From contig JBNGIO010005918.1 of the NCBI GenBank assembly GCA_049999805.1, positions 140,357 through 197,139 on the forward strand: 56,783 bases of DNA. The letters are read 5' to 3'. Origin of the DNA: Folioceros fuciformis (taxonomy: Eukaryota). The translations under genes were made by a program, and so were the position numbers. A model generated the notes under the pieces. That model searched no databases. It was given only the letters and a program-made list of their open reading frames with translations, and was not told the DNA's origin. Positions 37,164 through 49,240 of the stretch are shown piece by piece. The stretch's first letter is position 1, and every line of letters starts with the position of its first letter.

Positions 37164-38587
37164 GTAGACGATGTATGATGATGTTCTGGATGAAGTCGTC
37201 AGTGATGCTTGTGAGCAATAATTAGGAAATTAGGTGATAGGTTGCTAGCAGTAAACACTCATTGTCCTGACCCTGTGAACCGTTGAGAAAGGGTTGGGAT
37301 TTACATGTTTTCATCCACTTTGTTGTAATTCATTGTAAAAGAAAGCATCCATAGTAGGCAACACTTGCCATGTGGAAAAGATAAACCCATTTGCATAATG
37401 AGTTAGTTGCCATCCGTGGTATGGCCGACCATTTATACTATCTACCAATACACCATGGGGGTACGTACATATCAACACAAGCAATATGATCGAATGGTTT
37501 AAGGCAATGGATGTCGGCCGACCAGCGCCTACCAGATGTCTTGGGCTTAAACACTCCTAGTGTTGAGCATGTTTGTGACCTAGTGGCACGTGACCTTGTG
37601 AGCACTTTCAAAAACCTTTCCCTTCAACATGTGACATATCCCCAACAGTGATGCTGGGCTTCACCATCGTTCCCTCTTAGTGAAGAAGATATTGTGAAGG
37701 CGAGAGTGGGACATTAGAGCCAATTGTAACAAGGCTCTAAGAACACACTCTTACTCAAAACTTAGACGGATAGAAAGGAAGTACCGGCTGTGGAACATGA
37801 AATTTTGGGATACGGGACGGGCTCCTATCCTATTGTGTTGAGTGTTTTGCCCAAAGTTTGGTTCGATTTGTGTCTTCTCTTCTTGTTTGTGTCTGTTTGA
37901 GTCTTGTGTGGCGTTTCTTGGTCATTGGTGGTCAACTTACGCATCAAACGTACCTAAGCATTTTATAGGTATGAGGAGTTACTGTCTAACCAGATTTTCC
38001 ACAATTATTTTAGAGTTCCTGCCAGATAGAGCGAAACCGTCGGTCTGATTCTTAGTAGATTGACCTACGTCCATTCAAGGTGATTTTTGTGAGTCAGTGA
38101 GTTTGTCAGTAAGAGAATAGACTCCTAAGTCTAAATAGGGTAATAAGGGTTAGCCATTAGCTAGTGTCAGTTAAGTATCTATGGATAACAAGCCTATGCG
38201 GCAGGTAGGTCAGACAATGGGAGGACCTCCTATACTTAGGGAGATTAGAGCAGATTTGGGACACGTGTGAGCATGCATAGCAGGAGTAAAATGGCGAGGA
38301 GTATGCAAATGTGGCCAGTACCTTCTGCGGCTGGTGCCATCACCAAACCGACTTGCTTCTTACACCCGCTCTTTAGCTCTCGAAGACAAATCGCCTACCT
38401 TAGCTCTTGCAGAGAATCAAAGGAAGGGACAAGACTGATCGGAGGACGAAGTGTTTTCTGCTGCAGGAGTGTGCACCTTATATAGGCAAAAACACAAGTC
38501 GAAGTCTAAGGAGTGTTGAACTTTTCTTGTTGTGTGTAGGAGTCCTTGGATCTCGGTGTTTTCAAAATCAGCAGTTGCCTATCTAAG

Positions 38588-41070
38588 ATGGCAAGGACGA
38601 AGAAGACCACTTGTGGTGGGCATAATGATAGAAATCAAAGGAGGGGAGGGGAAGGAAGTAGATTCGCAATCCCTGTCCCGAGTTTCACTTGTTTTGGAGG
38701 ATAGCTTAACCCTCGCAACCTCCTAGAGTTTCAACCTTGGCCTAGGGAGGGCAAAATCCAGTTGTTGTGGATTTATGGGAGCCATTGGGCTTTTTCTCAC
38801 CAAGGTCTGGTGGCGGAATGTTACAGGAACTTGCAGTAGACGAATGAGCAACTGGCAGCCTTGCCTGAACGGAATGCTAGGACAGACCCTCGGTGCTGGA
38901 CAATCAAGAGTATTTGCCAGGTCTACGGTAGGCCTAAGTTAGAGAGTGATGGTATCAGCTTGGCGGACAAAACCACAGATGGCAAAAAGTCTTCGATACC
39001 TTCCCTACCAAATGGAGTAGTGGACATGTTGGTTGGAGGATTGCAGGTTGGAGAATGGCTGGAGGATATACTAGATTAAGGACCACAAGTGGAAATTGTT
39101 TACCAAAATTGTCTTGGGTCTCGTTAATTACCAATGTACTTGTTATTTCAACAATGTTTTCTTGCATTTTTTGTGGAGAGTGACTCAAGGGGAGAAACTA
39201 GATTGGGGACTAATCATGTATGAAGCCTACACCTACCACAGGGAGAAGCTGCTACGACCCAATTTTGCAGATGAAGGAGGAGCTCGACCTTGCTATCTGA
39301 CCCCTTATCTGGTGCATCTCTGGTCTACTGAAGGGTTGTTGACAGACGATGAATATGCACATGCAGAGAGGCCCTTTGTAGTCATTACCTTGAGAGATGT
39401 GGAGCCTATAGGTCAGAGGGATAGGGAACCCAACCAACCATGCCAGTACCATACTCAACCTACGATGTGGGTAGGGAAGAAGATGGAGGAGCAGTGCCTC
39501 TCATGAGTAGAAGGAGGAGGAAGTCCCTAGTGTCCGGAAGGGAGCAAATCATGTCACTCCAACAAGGAAGAAAGCAATCCCTCCGGAAGAGAGTCCAACA
39601 GAGATGGAGCCACCTACCCAAGAGAACCCAACCCTTGAAGAGTGCCCACCACAAGAGGAGGAAGACAAAGAGCAAGAGAAGAGAGATCCCTTGTGTGAGA
39701 TGTTGGAGTACTATGTAAAGATCGATAAGATTGATTGGCAAACAGCAAGGAGGACATTAGAAGATTTGAAGACAAAGGTAAGGAGGAAGCCAACTATTTG
39801 CGTGCATTCCTCAGTGATTGGGAGGTAGAACAAGAAGATTTTAGGCAAGTTAACCAACAACAAGGAGACCTACTAATTCAATTGCATGCCCAAATCGCTA
39901 AGTTGAAGCACTCACTGGACACTACTCAATCTGAATTATTGGAAGCACGTCAGCAAGTTGTGGGTTCGGAAGAGAAGAGACAACAGGATGAGGCGACACT
40001 GTGAGAGAGGGTGTCACAACTACGAAATCTAGAGGCTTAGCTAGAAGGGCGCAAGAATGAAGTAAAAAACAAGGACACAGAAATTCAATGACTGACTGAA
40101 GAACAGTCTCGCCTACAGCAGGAGAGGAAGAAGGATCAACTACGATTTGAGGAGGTAAAGCAGCAAAAGGAGAACTTGGAACTTCAACATGCCTCCCAGA
40201 TTCACAAGATGTTGGTTGTCCGGAAGCGTAGGTTCCGAGTGCACTACGCCATCCAATTTGGTTTGCTAACCCAACTATGTTTCCTACAGGAAGAGAATGT
40301 GGCCCTACAGTTAAAAGTAGGCAGATTGACCTTTGAGAGAGATGCCTATCAACAGCGTGCGCAAGGTGACCCTCTGGATTTGGAGGAACTCAAACTGACT
40401 TTGGAGGAGGAAAGGGTGCACCTACATAGCAAGATTTTGAAGACCAACCAAGAGTTGCTGAAGATTGCCAAGAGGAAGGCTATTGAGCCTCATGACAACG
40501 ACCGAGGTAAGTTGAAGAAGTCCATACCTCCCATGACAGAAAGCACAAAAGACAATGACATGAATAGAGAAGATTCTGAGTGGGAGGAGGTACCTAAGTA
40601 GGAGGAAGAGGAATGGGTGAGAGAAGCTGGTGAAACATTGACTGATCTGGCAGACCTACCGCCACAGGGGGGACTTGTTGTCGAACCACCTAAAGAGGCA
40701 AAAGGGAGAAAACCTACGAACGATGGAGGGGAACAACTGGAAGAAGGAGAACGTACAATGGAGGAGGGAAGAGAGCGAGAAGAAGTGCAAGAGGCAACAA
40801 AGGAAAAAATTGTGTAGATAAAGAGGAAGCCTACATGCGCCGATGGGGACCCTATGCGTTTGGGAGGAAAAGATCAGGACCTAAAGAAAGACAGCCATCT
40901 GGTGTTGCCAACTGCCTCGGAGTCTCGAGGAGCAAAGAATCTTCCTCTGTAGAGTGATCCAGCCCCATCCCAACCTTCTATAGTGGTATCCAAAGGAGTG
41001 AAGCGCCCTTTTGTTGAAGACATTAATACGTCACCCTTGCAGGATTCCAAGAGGCAGCAGCGAGGAGATT
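38588..41070 (+). pseudogene. Second decayed LTR-retrotransposon accessory ORF (distant homologue of 22898-25379)
   Basis: Starts MARTKKTT; GEKLDWGLIMYEAY..CYLTPYLVHLW aligns with GSRINYGKIIFDRL..LISPFLVHL; then a long E/Q/K/R coiled coil with many stops. Confidence 0.55.
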
Positions 41071-41839
41071 AGGTGGAGAGCACCAACGAGACGAGAGGAG
41101 CTGATTGCGCAGTGGCTAGGGGAAGAGATAGGCTAGGCTAGGGAGGCTGAATTATTGTGAAGACTAAGAATAGTTGATGGCCTCCTGATTATACGGGATA
41201 CTTGCTAGATTTGCTTTTTGGATTACTTAAATCATGCTATCGGCACCCTAAGGCCCCTAATTGAAAATAGATAGAAGGCTAGGAGTATAAGATGGGCTGA
41301 GGATGCTCATCTTAGTGTGGATTTCTGGTGTGTTGAAGGAGCCTAGGGTGGCGTTTCCGGACTTGGTTGCGAAGGTCCTTTTGTGCTGACTTTTGAAGGC
41401 TTCAATCCTTCATCTTGAGAAAATTGTCACTCTTGCCCTTCATTCCAAATATCTCACCAGTGGCGCTACTAGTTTGTGGCACTAGGAGCAGCAAATCGCT
41501 TACAGGGACGGACCAGGGAATCCTACGACGACAATTGGTGTGGCCACTCAACAAGGGTCCTCGGATTTTGGGGTCCTATGCGACCACATCGGCTTGCATG
41601 GTCTAGCTCATGGGCTCAAAACAAGGAGACATATGTGTTTTTTGCAAATCATCGACCTGCGTGTGGACACCAGGTTATGAGAATGGTAGGATTGGCGAGC
41701 ACACTGACCTTGTTTTCCGACGTTCATTTTCGACAACGGTTTAAAAAAGCCCTAGCTGGCATCATCATCGACCTCAAGACAAGAATGTCGTACATTTGCC
41801 ACCCTTCATGCATATTTCCCCCCTTGCAAATTTCTTGCA

Positions 41840-43190
41840 TTATCCTTTTCTCCTACTAACGTGTGCCACAAGGACTCTACATTGTTCTTCACTACATGCA
41901 TAACATCTTTTAGCGCCCATTTCAACATATTCTGCCGATGGGTTAAGTATTGAAATCATGCGCTTTCTGTCTTGTCCCAAACTGGCCTCTCTCGCACAAA
42001 TCCCAAGTGGACACCTCCATGAGTTGTGCAAAAGTTGGAGGCTGGGTTCGTGGTCGCCGCTCAATCTCATTGTTATACCGTCCCTTATATAGTTGCCTCC
42101 CAACATGGTGAGGGGGGAGGCATCTCCGTGCCCCAAGATACTCTTCCTTCTTGAAGTGTTGGGCCCAGCAGGAATCCAAACCCTCCTTGCAATCTAAGCA
42201 TGCTTGATTGCCCTTCTTTTGGAATCCAATGAGCGTCCCAAGGCCTCGTTAGTCTGCAGTAATGTTCAACATAGGAGGCCGAAATATAAAATGCCGCTAA
42301 GGGTTGTCCATGGGCAACGAGTAATCTTCCATTTGGAAACCATGCCACAATTCCTGCAAGTCCTCCAAAAGTGGTGCTAGGTAGACATCAAAGTTTGGAA
42401 CAATGTGCAGGCCCGACATAGTTATTGGCATGATGATGTTTGTGGCCTTCTTGCTTACCCAAGGGGGGAGGTTATGCACAAATAGCATTATATGCCAAAT
42501 TGAAGCTATGGTGGACAAATGCCCAAATGGGTTAAATCCATCAGATGCCAATCCCAGCCAAACGTTCCTTCCCTCTATGCCCATTATCAATACTGTCTAA
42601 GTGTGCCCACGATGGTGTGTTTGCCATTGTGGACATTGAGCCATCTGTGCTCCGGCTCTCCATGTATGTTGTCATGAGCTTGGCCATCGTGGGTGCCCAG
42701 AACATCCGACGCAAGCGGTCCTTGAACGAGAAGTGCCACATTGCCTTTGGAGGTGCTTTTCTACTCCCATTTGGTAGGCCAGTCCCTTGAACATAGCGGT
42801 TCGCATTGCACTTGACATAGGCTTCGTCGTCCTTGTGAGGGCTGTGGAATAAGAGGCAATCATTGATGCATGCATGGATTTTCATAAATCGAGGCCCGAA
42901 CAACAATTGTGATTTCTTTGCCTCCTCAATGCTTGATGGGAAATAGGTGGTGCATGAGAGCACGTGCTACACGATGGTTTGGAAAATCGCTAGCATGGCG
43001 GCGTTCGAGATTCCGTACTCAGATTGCAATGACAGGAGTAAGAGTGTTGCTTTCATGTGACACTCCGTACAAGTCTTTGTGGTTGTCACCATCCATAAGG
43101 GAGCGAGGTCATCTGCATTCACATCCTCTATTTGAAGTGGTGCGTCCCTTAGCCCCAGTAACAGGGGAGGGTTGTCATGCAACATAGCAT
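41840..43190 (-). mobile_element. CACTA/En-Spm TNP2-like (Transposase_21) transposase remnant
   Basis: KIHACINDCLLF, CNANRY, PKAMWHFSFKDRLRRMF, RNVWLGLASDGFNPFG, NLPPW, FDVYLAPLLEDLQELW; frameshifted and 3'-truncated; no CACTA TIR found. Confidence 0.9.
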
Positions 43191-43511
43191 TACCATTTGT
43201 TCAATTAGCGAATGTTGGTAGGCTACTTAAGTTGCCCACTTGTGCGGGGTCTAGAGTACCAGGCAAGTGATGTCTGGTTGGATATGAAACCCAACATCAT
43301 TCACAACATTTGAAGAAGACGCCATTGCGCTTAAAGCCTGGTGGGTGTGAGTGGATATGGATGTTGGCCACTCAGCTATGTGTGAAGCTCCTTCATTTGA
43401 ACATCTTCAGCCCCCTAAAATGACAAGGATAGGAATGTCAACGGATGAAGGCATGGTGCAAATGTAAGCACAAGAAAGACTTCCACCACATTCTTCTCAT
43501 CCTTCTTGTCT

Positions 43512-43885
43512 AAGATTCCATCTATAATGTCCAAATACTATTGCTTAGAATGACCTCANNNNNNNNNNAAGATTCCATCTATAATGTCCAAATACTATTG
43601 CTTAGAATGACCTCATCACATATCCCACCGAAGATTCCAACTATAATGTCCAAATACTATTGCTTAGAATGACCTCATCACATATCCCACCGAAGATTCC
43701 ATCTATGAGTACATCATCACTAACTCTGCTAGATGACAAAGCGATGTCATGTGTGATTCCCAAATACTATTGCTTGAGATGTACCTAATCACATATCCCA
43801 TCCAAGATTCCATATGTGATGCCCATATATTATGGCCTAGAATCACCTCATCACAAATCCTATCTAAGATTCCAAGTGTGAGTTC
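43512..43885. repeat. Tandem repeat, about 62 bp unit, several decaying copies, spans a 10-N gap
   Basis: AAGATTCCATCTATAATGTCCAAATACTATTGCTTAGAATGACCTCATCACATATCCCACCG repeated. Confidence 0.85.
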
Positions 43886-43889
43886 ATCA

Positions 43890-44535
43890 TCACTAACCCC
43901 CTTGGGCTACGGAGCATACGTGCTGAGTAAGGTTTACAAATACTCTTCCATGCACGAGGATCTTGTCTTTATCCCTCTTTCTCTTACCACCCTTTATGCC
44001 TCTTTCTCTTAAGACCCTTTATCCCCTTACTCTTAAGACCCAAGGGGCCATAGGCAAAGGACTTTTCGAAGCTCATAGAGGAATGCGTGAAAGCTCATCG
44101 TAGCCACATGAATGGGAATCTCCGTCTTTCCTTGTGGTGGCATTTTTTCAACGGCATGTCTCCATCAGTCTACAAGGAGCGCTAGCCTACATAGTTAAGA
44201 GGATAATGTCTAGTGCAAGTCTTGCAGCTTCATTGACAACATTGGTAGGTAGGCTCTTTGTCATTTCACACTATGACATCTTGGGAGCAATAGGTGGGTA
44301 TGCCTTCTTCATTTCACATCACAACATACTAGAGGAGTAAGTGGGTATGCCTTTGTCATTTCACACTATGACATCCTATAAGCAATAAATGGGTATGTTT
44401 TTGTAAGCCTTCTTTATTTCACACCATGACATCGATCTATGTGAGGTGCTAAACTCCCTTTCCACCTTGTACCCTCTTTGGATTGTTTCTACTCATTTGG
44501 ATAGATGGGACATGCTATCTCTTTTCAATAAAATA
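43890..44535 (+). mobile_element. 3' remnant of a non-LTR retrotransposon with restriction-like endonuclease (CRE/R2-like)
   Basis: AYVLSKVYKY..DLVFIPLSLTT then FFQRHVSISLQGALA resemble the K..KY..F.P...ET and R.S..LQ...A C-terminal motifs of REL elements; about 46 bp repeats 44258-44432; ends near AATAAAA at about 44527. Confidence 0.5.
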
Positions 44536-45536
44536 TTTGAATTTATTCCATGTAGAAGCATAAAGAGAGTAGGCTGGTCTATTTAATCTGAAGTAAGTTC
44601 ATGAGTTAAAAATACTTGTATATATTGCGTAATGAAGAGGTTAAGGCGCCAAATGAAAATGTGCAGGCTACCAACTAAGCCACTATGCTTATAGCAATCA
44701 GTACGTGTGTGAAGCTTTTTGCAACTGATGTAATGACAGGCAAGGGCAAGGGCAAGGGCAAGGGCCAGGGCAAGTGGGAGGCCGCGGGAGGGTGAAAATG
44801 GTAGGAGCGGAGCGGACCGGCGCGGCTCTGCCTGGCCGGGTGTGACGAGTCCACGAAATGTGTGGTGGAGGTGGCAGAAGTGAGGCAACTGGACTGGGTC
44901 CGTGAACGTGGGTGAGCCGTGTTGAATAATAGATGAATGTCGTCTGTAGAGTGAAAGTCAGCAGCAAATGAAAACTTGAGGCGGCAAAAGGGAAGGGGAA
45001 GGGGAAAGGGGAAAGGGAAAGAGAAAGGGAAGGAGACGAGCACATGGTGCGCGACCTGCTCCTCCGCGTTCGCCGCTGGCAGCGCGGCGCCCGGAGCCCT
45101 AAAACTAGGGTTGTCACGGGCGCGCGACGGTGTACGTGCGATTGCGGCGTGGCCTCTGGGTCTCCCGGGTTTTGCGCTGCGTAGGCGTGCTATATGGTAG
45201 AGCCAATGGTACGCAGGCGCGCAGTCCCAGAATCATTAACAACTTTTCACACGATTATTTACAACTAGTAGTAGCAGGCAGTGGCAGACGGGTGGAGGGT
45301 GAGGTGCCATACAAGACAGATTTGTCCTTGCCCCGGCCTTGAATGATGGCATACCGTTGGGAACCTGGGACACGGTTTTGCGCGGGCCTGCCGCTTGGGT
45401 GCCCCGGACGGTGTCGCGCACGGGCGATCTAATGGCTCCCGCGCCAACAAAGTTACAGCAGTCGGTTACGGGGGGACTTTTATTACCGTCTACTCGGCTG
45501 GGGCTGATAAAAGTTCCTTTACCCTGCCAATGCCCC

Positions 45537-45543
45537 TATAAAA
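45537..45543 (+). promoter_or_regulatory. Putative TATA box of the MIR319 primary transcript
   Basis: CC-TATAAAA-CC about 340 bp upstream of the first hairpin, followed by a pyrimidine-rich initiator-like stretch. Confidence 0.55.
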
Positions 45544-45600
45544 CCGTACTCCTCCTACACTTCCTCATACTGTGTGAGCGGCCGCAGCAGCGCGGCAGTA

Positions 45601-45645
45601 GCAGCGCGGCAGCGGCAGCGGCAGCGGCAGCGGCAGCGGTAGCGG
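45601..45645. repeat. (GCGGCA)n microsatellite; others nearby: (GGGCAA)n 44739-44773 and (GGGGAA)n-like 44990-45030
   Basis: Read directly from the sequence. Confidence 0.9.
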
Positions 45646-45879
45646 CTTCATCCAACTTCCCAGCTTTCGGCACCAGCCCAGCAGCGGCGCCCCTCGGCCT
45701 CGTGGGAAGTCCAGTCCGGGCGCTACTACCGTCCACCCCCATCCCCGACGTCCGGTCTCGCACGCCGCGCGCCCCGTGCCTCTCCCCCGCCTGTCCGCCT
45801 CGAGCTCCAGCGTTGCTGGCCCCGACTCCGCGACGTCTCGGCCCTGCATGCATAGGCTACTTCTGCATCCGGTCCGATC

Positions 45880-46046
45880 GGGAGCCCCTTTCAGTTCAAT
45901 TGGCGGTGGTGAGGGGCGTCTTCAGCTGCTGACTCAGGCATCCGTGTCGCCTAAGATCGCCGCACGCTGTGTTAAGCCACGCGATTGCCTGATGCCGGAG
46001 CTGCTGACGCCTTTTGCCCGCTTCACTTGGACTGAAGGGAGCTCCC
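45880..46046 (+). ncRNA. MIR319: miR319 precursor hairpin 1 (mature 46027-46046)
   Basis: Mature TTGGACTGAAGGGAGCTCCC on the 3' arm; star arm GGGAGCCCCTTTCAGTTCAA 45880-45899; loop-proximal duplex AGCTGCTGACTCAGGCA / TGCCTGATGCCGGAGCTGCT; about 167 nt, typical of MIR159/319. Confidence 0.95.
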
Positions 46047-46147
46047 AGCTTCTCCCTGGGTTGCATTTCTACTTTCCGTCCTATTCACCTCTGGTCACGC
46101 CGCTGGCTTGGTGTGTGCAGGTCTCGTACCGGTGTGCATGCCGATCC

Positions 46148-46322
46148 GGAGCGAGCTTCCTTCCGTTCAACTGTGGATGGGACGGGGTGAGTTCATCTGC
46201 CAGCTCAGGCTTTTGAGTGCCCCGTCGGACAGGGTGTTGTCATGACGAGGTAGCCGCTTGCCTGATATGGGAGCTGCCTTCACTTCTTCCTGCCTTCACT
46301 TGGACTGAAGGGAGCTCGCTCC
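46148..46322 (+). ncRNA. MIR319: miR319 precursor hairpin 2 (mature 46300-46319, variant ending ..CTCGC)
   Basis: TTGGACTGAAGGGAGCTCGCTCC pairs with GGAGCGAGCTTCCTTCCGTTCAA (46148-46170); loop-proximal duplex also present. Confidence 0.93.
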
Positions 46323-48904
46323 TGGTTTCTGCTCTCCTGGTTTCTTTTCCTTCGGACTGCTGGCCGTGAGAATTCGCGGCCACATCTGGCACTATCCGAA
46401 GATGTATCTGGCGGTGGGGCAACTCATGGTGGAAGGAACGCTGTACGGATCTTCCAGTTGCGATGTGATTCACACCTGGACTCTCTACTCTCATTTTGAA
46501 GCGTGAAGACCTTGTTTGATGCCGCTCAAACCCCGTCTGGGCAGTATCTTGACATGTTTTCATTGGCTTTGGTTTGTGTGCAGGTTCAGCTGTGCTGTCC
46601 ACTGTCAGCCGCTCCACCCCTGGCAGCAGCGCTTGCAAGTGAAGTTTCGCGCGAGTTCCTCTACGGGATGTCCTTCTCTGTTTGTGCAAGGTATCAAGGC
46701 TTGGGGGCTTGGGGTTGGAAGATTATCTTTTCCTGCTCGGCTTCGCTGTGTTGGAGAGATCTTCCGGTCACCCTCGAGCCGAAAGTTTTCAACCTCAGGC
46801 AGGCTTTGATAGAATGGGTTTGTCGCCCATCTTGAGTACTGCCACACACCGCGACTACCATCGCGTGGGCTAGGCTTCATGTGATTTTGTCACTCGTCGA
46901 AATGGGCTATCTGTCATAAACGGGGTTGCCAGTCGTAAACGATAAGAGCACATGCATATATTGCCTCTGAACTCTGTGAAACCTTCATCAAATCCGGACC
47001 TTAGCACGTGCATCTCCATTGACGGATTGTTTAGAAGATGTTTAACCAGTAAAATGACTTGAAATCCGATTCGCTTACATCTACGAAAATATGTCATGTG
47101 GCAGGGCAGCTACAAAACGCTATCGAGAAAGGGAGAATTGAACACTAGGAACATGGTGTAGACAACTTTTCTGTACCACATGATACGTGGACAGTCGCAT
47201 GTCGACCTTAGAAGATCGGCTGTAAATGCGTCTCAGAGAATGTCACCCACATCTAGAGGAGAGAGAAAGTATAGTGTACAGGAAAAGAGAAAGTGCACAG
47301 CTTGCTCGTCCTTCGAGGCGTGTAAAATGAAACGAAGAGTGAAGCACGCAGTGCCGCGAGGGAGTAACCTGTCACTTTTGTGCACCACGCAACGTAGATT
47401 TGGCAGTTCTTACACGCAACTCTTACCTTCCTAGATAGGACAGCTAGAAGTAATTCTGAGATCAGCAGAAATTCGGAGCCTAAAACCCCTTAAGCAAATG
47501 AAAAATAAGTAGCTGAAAATGTGAAAGTTGGTGTGCACAGAAGTACCTTACCCTCTTTATATTATATTTATTATGCAGTGTTTTTTCTTGTTACACTTCC
47601 TAGTGTTCTGACTTGCTACAATATCTAGTGTTCTTCCCTCGCTATATAGTACGAAGTGTTCTTCTTAAACATGTGACACGAAAGATAGGATAAGGTGCCA
47701 GGTGAGGAACTCTTTTAATTGAATCTCGACAAATAAGAAAGTTGTTAGTCTACCGATGAATGAAATCTCACTTGGATCCTTACAAGCTTCCTATCACAAG
47801 AGCCTTTTGAAGTTTCTCTTCATTGTATTCATGTGTGGTGCATCCTAATGTACCTATTGTGGCCTATTGTGGTAATCACTTAAATTGGTGATGATCACCA
47901 ATTTGAATAGGAAGTGTTGAACTCGGGCTCTAGAAACACCCAATTTTGTAGCATAGTAGTGTACAATGATTTACACTATACCTTTGTACAATGAAAGGAA
48001 CATAGATGACAACTCAAGACTTTGATCCTCCCTTTAAAGAGGATATTGTTCTTTCAGCATATAGGAGCTCTCCTATCAAGCACCATTAAGGGAGTTCAAC
48101 CCTAATTTTTCTTGTTCTCTTCCTCTTGAAGAGTTCTAAAGAACATTTCTTAGACCTTAGTTGTAAAATGGCTCTTGTCTCCCCATTGTTATAATAAAAT
48201 AGACACAACCTAGTTGTGAAAAATACAATCTTTTTTTTTTTTTTAATTTACATAGGTACTCAAAGGCTACTTAATCTATTGGTGAGCTTGACCCCTTCTC
48301 ATCCATTTGAAAGATGATGTTCTTTGCATATTCCAAACTCTTGTTACAAGCTACATGAAATGGAGTGCCATGTAACAAATATTTTTGTATGATAATTTCT
48401 CTATTATATGCTTTTCATATTAAGTTTTTTTAATGTCATGACATTGTGAGTTCTTTGCTATGAACTTTCTCTAATTCACTCTTAACCCTAAATAATCCTT
48501 TTGCTATACAGTTGAACACTGTTGTTGTCCCTTGATAAATGTTATATTCTACTCTTGTCCCAAAAATATTTTACAGTGTATTCTTAACCCCAACTCCTTG
48601 TTCTATTGGACTTTGTTACCCTCAAATCATAGAAGTCTCTTCTACTTTATAATTAGTTTTTGAGCATGTTGTTCCCAACTCGTTAGGTTGGGTTGCAAAG
48701 GGGAGCATTGGCCAAAATTCACAAGTGCACCCCTCTACAGGCTGAACACTCCTTTATCCACCTTGCTATTGAGATCCACTGGGCATGTGCAAGGCATTTT
48801 CCAAGTTTTTAAAGTCTTGCATCAAAGGTGGTACATAGTAAGAAAAATAGGCTTGTCTCTCTTTTCATGCATTGTAGGTTCTTTTGGTAGAGGGTTTCTA
48901 TTGC

Positions 48905-49240
48905 TCTACAATTAGCTTTGGCTAATGCCATATTATTCTACAACTAGCTTTGGCTAATGCCATATTATTCTACAACTAGCTTTGGCTAATGCCATATGAA
49001 GGACGATAACAAACTAGCTTNNNNNNNNNNAACTAGCTTTGGCTAATGCCATATGAAGGACGATAACAAACTAGCTTTGGCTAATGCCATATGAAGGACG
49101 ATAACATTGGCAGGAGAGGCATCATCAACAACTATAATAGTAGGTAAACTCTTTCTCCTTCTAGAGCAACTCTAGTAGTAGATAAACCCTTTCTCTTTCT
49201 GGAGCAACTCTAATAGTAAGTAAACTCTTTCTCCTTATGG
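48905..49240. repeat. Cluster of short tandem repeats (about 32 and 39 bp units) around a 10-N gap
   Basis: AACTAGCTTTGGCTAATGCCATA repeated; then 3 x AACT.TA.TAGTA..TAAAC.CTTTCTC.TT. Confidence 0.8.

Noticed and set aside
37725-41475. Candidate LTR boundaries (TGTAAC at 37725; TGGCGCTA PBS-like at 41461) around the second accessory ORF
   Set aside because: No second LTR copy, TSD or full-length tRNA match to support them
45339-46216. Poly-Ala and other ORFs over the MIR319 region (possible miPEP)
   Set aside because: Explained by microsatellites and high GC; no evidence of coding constraint
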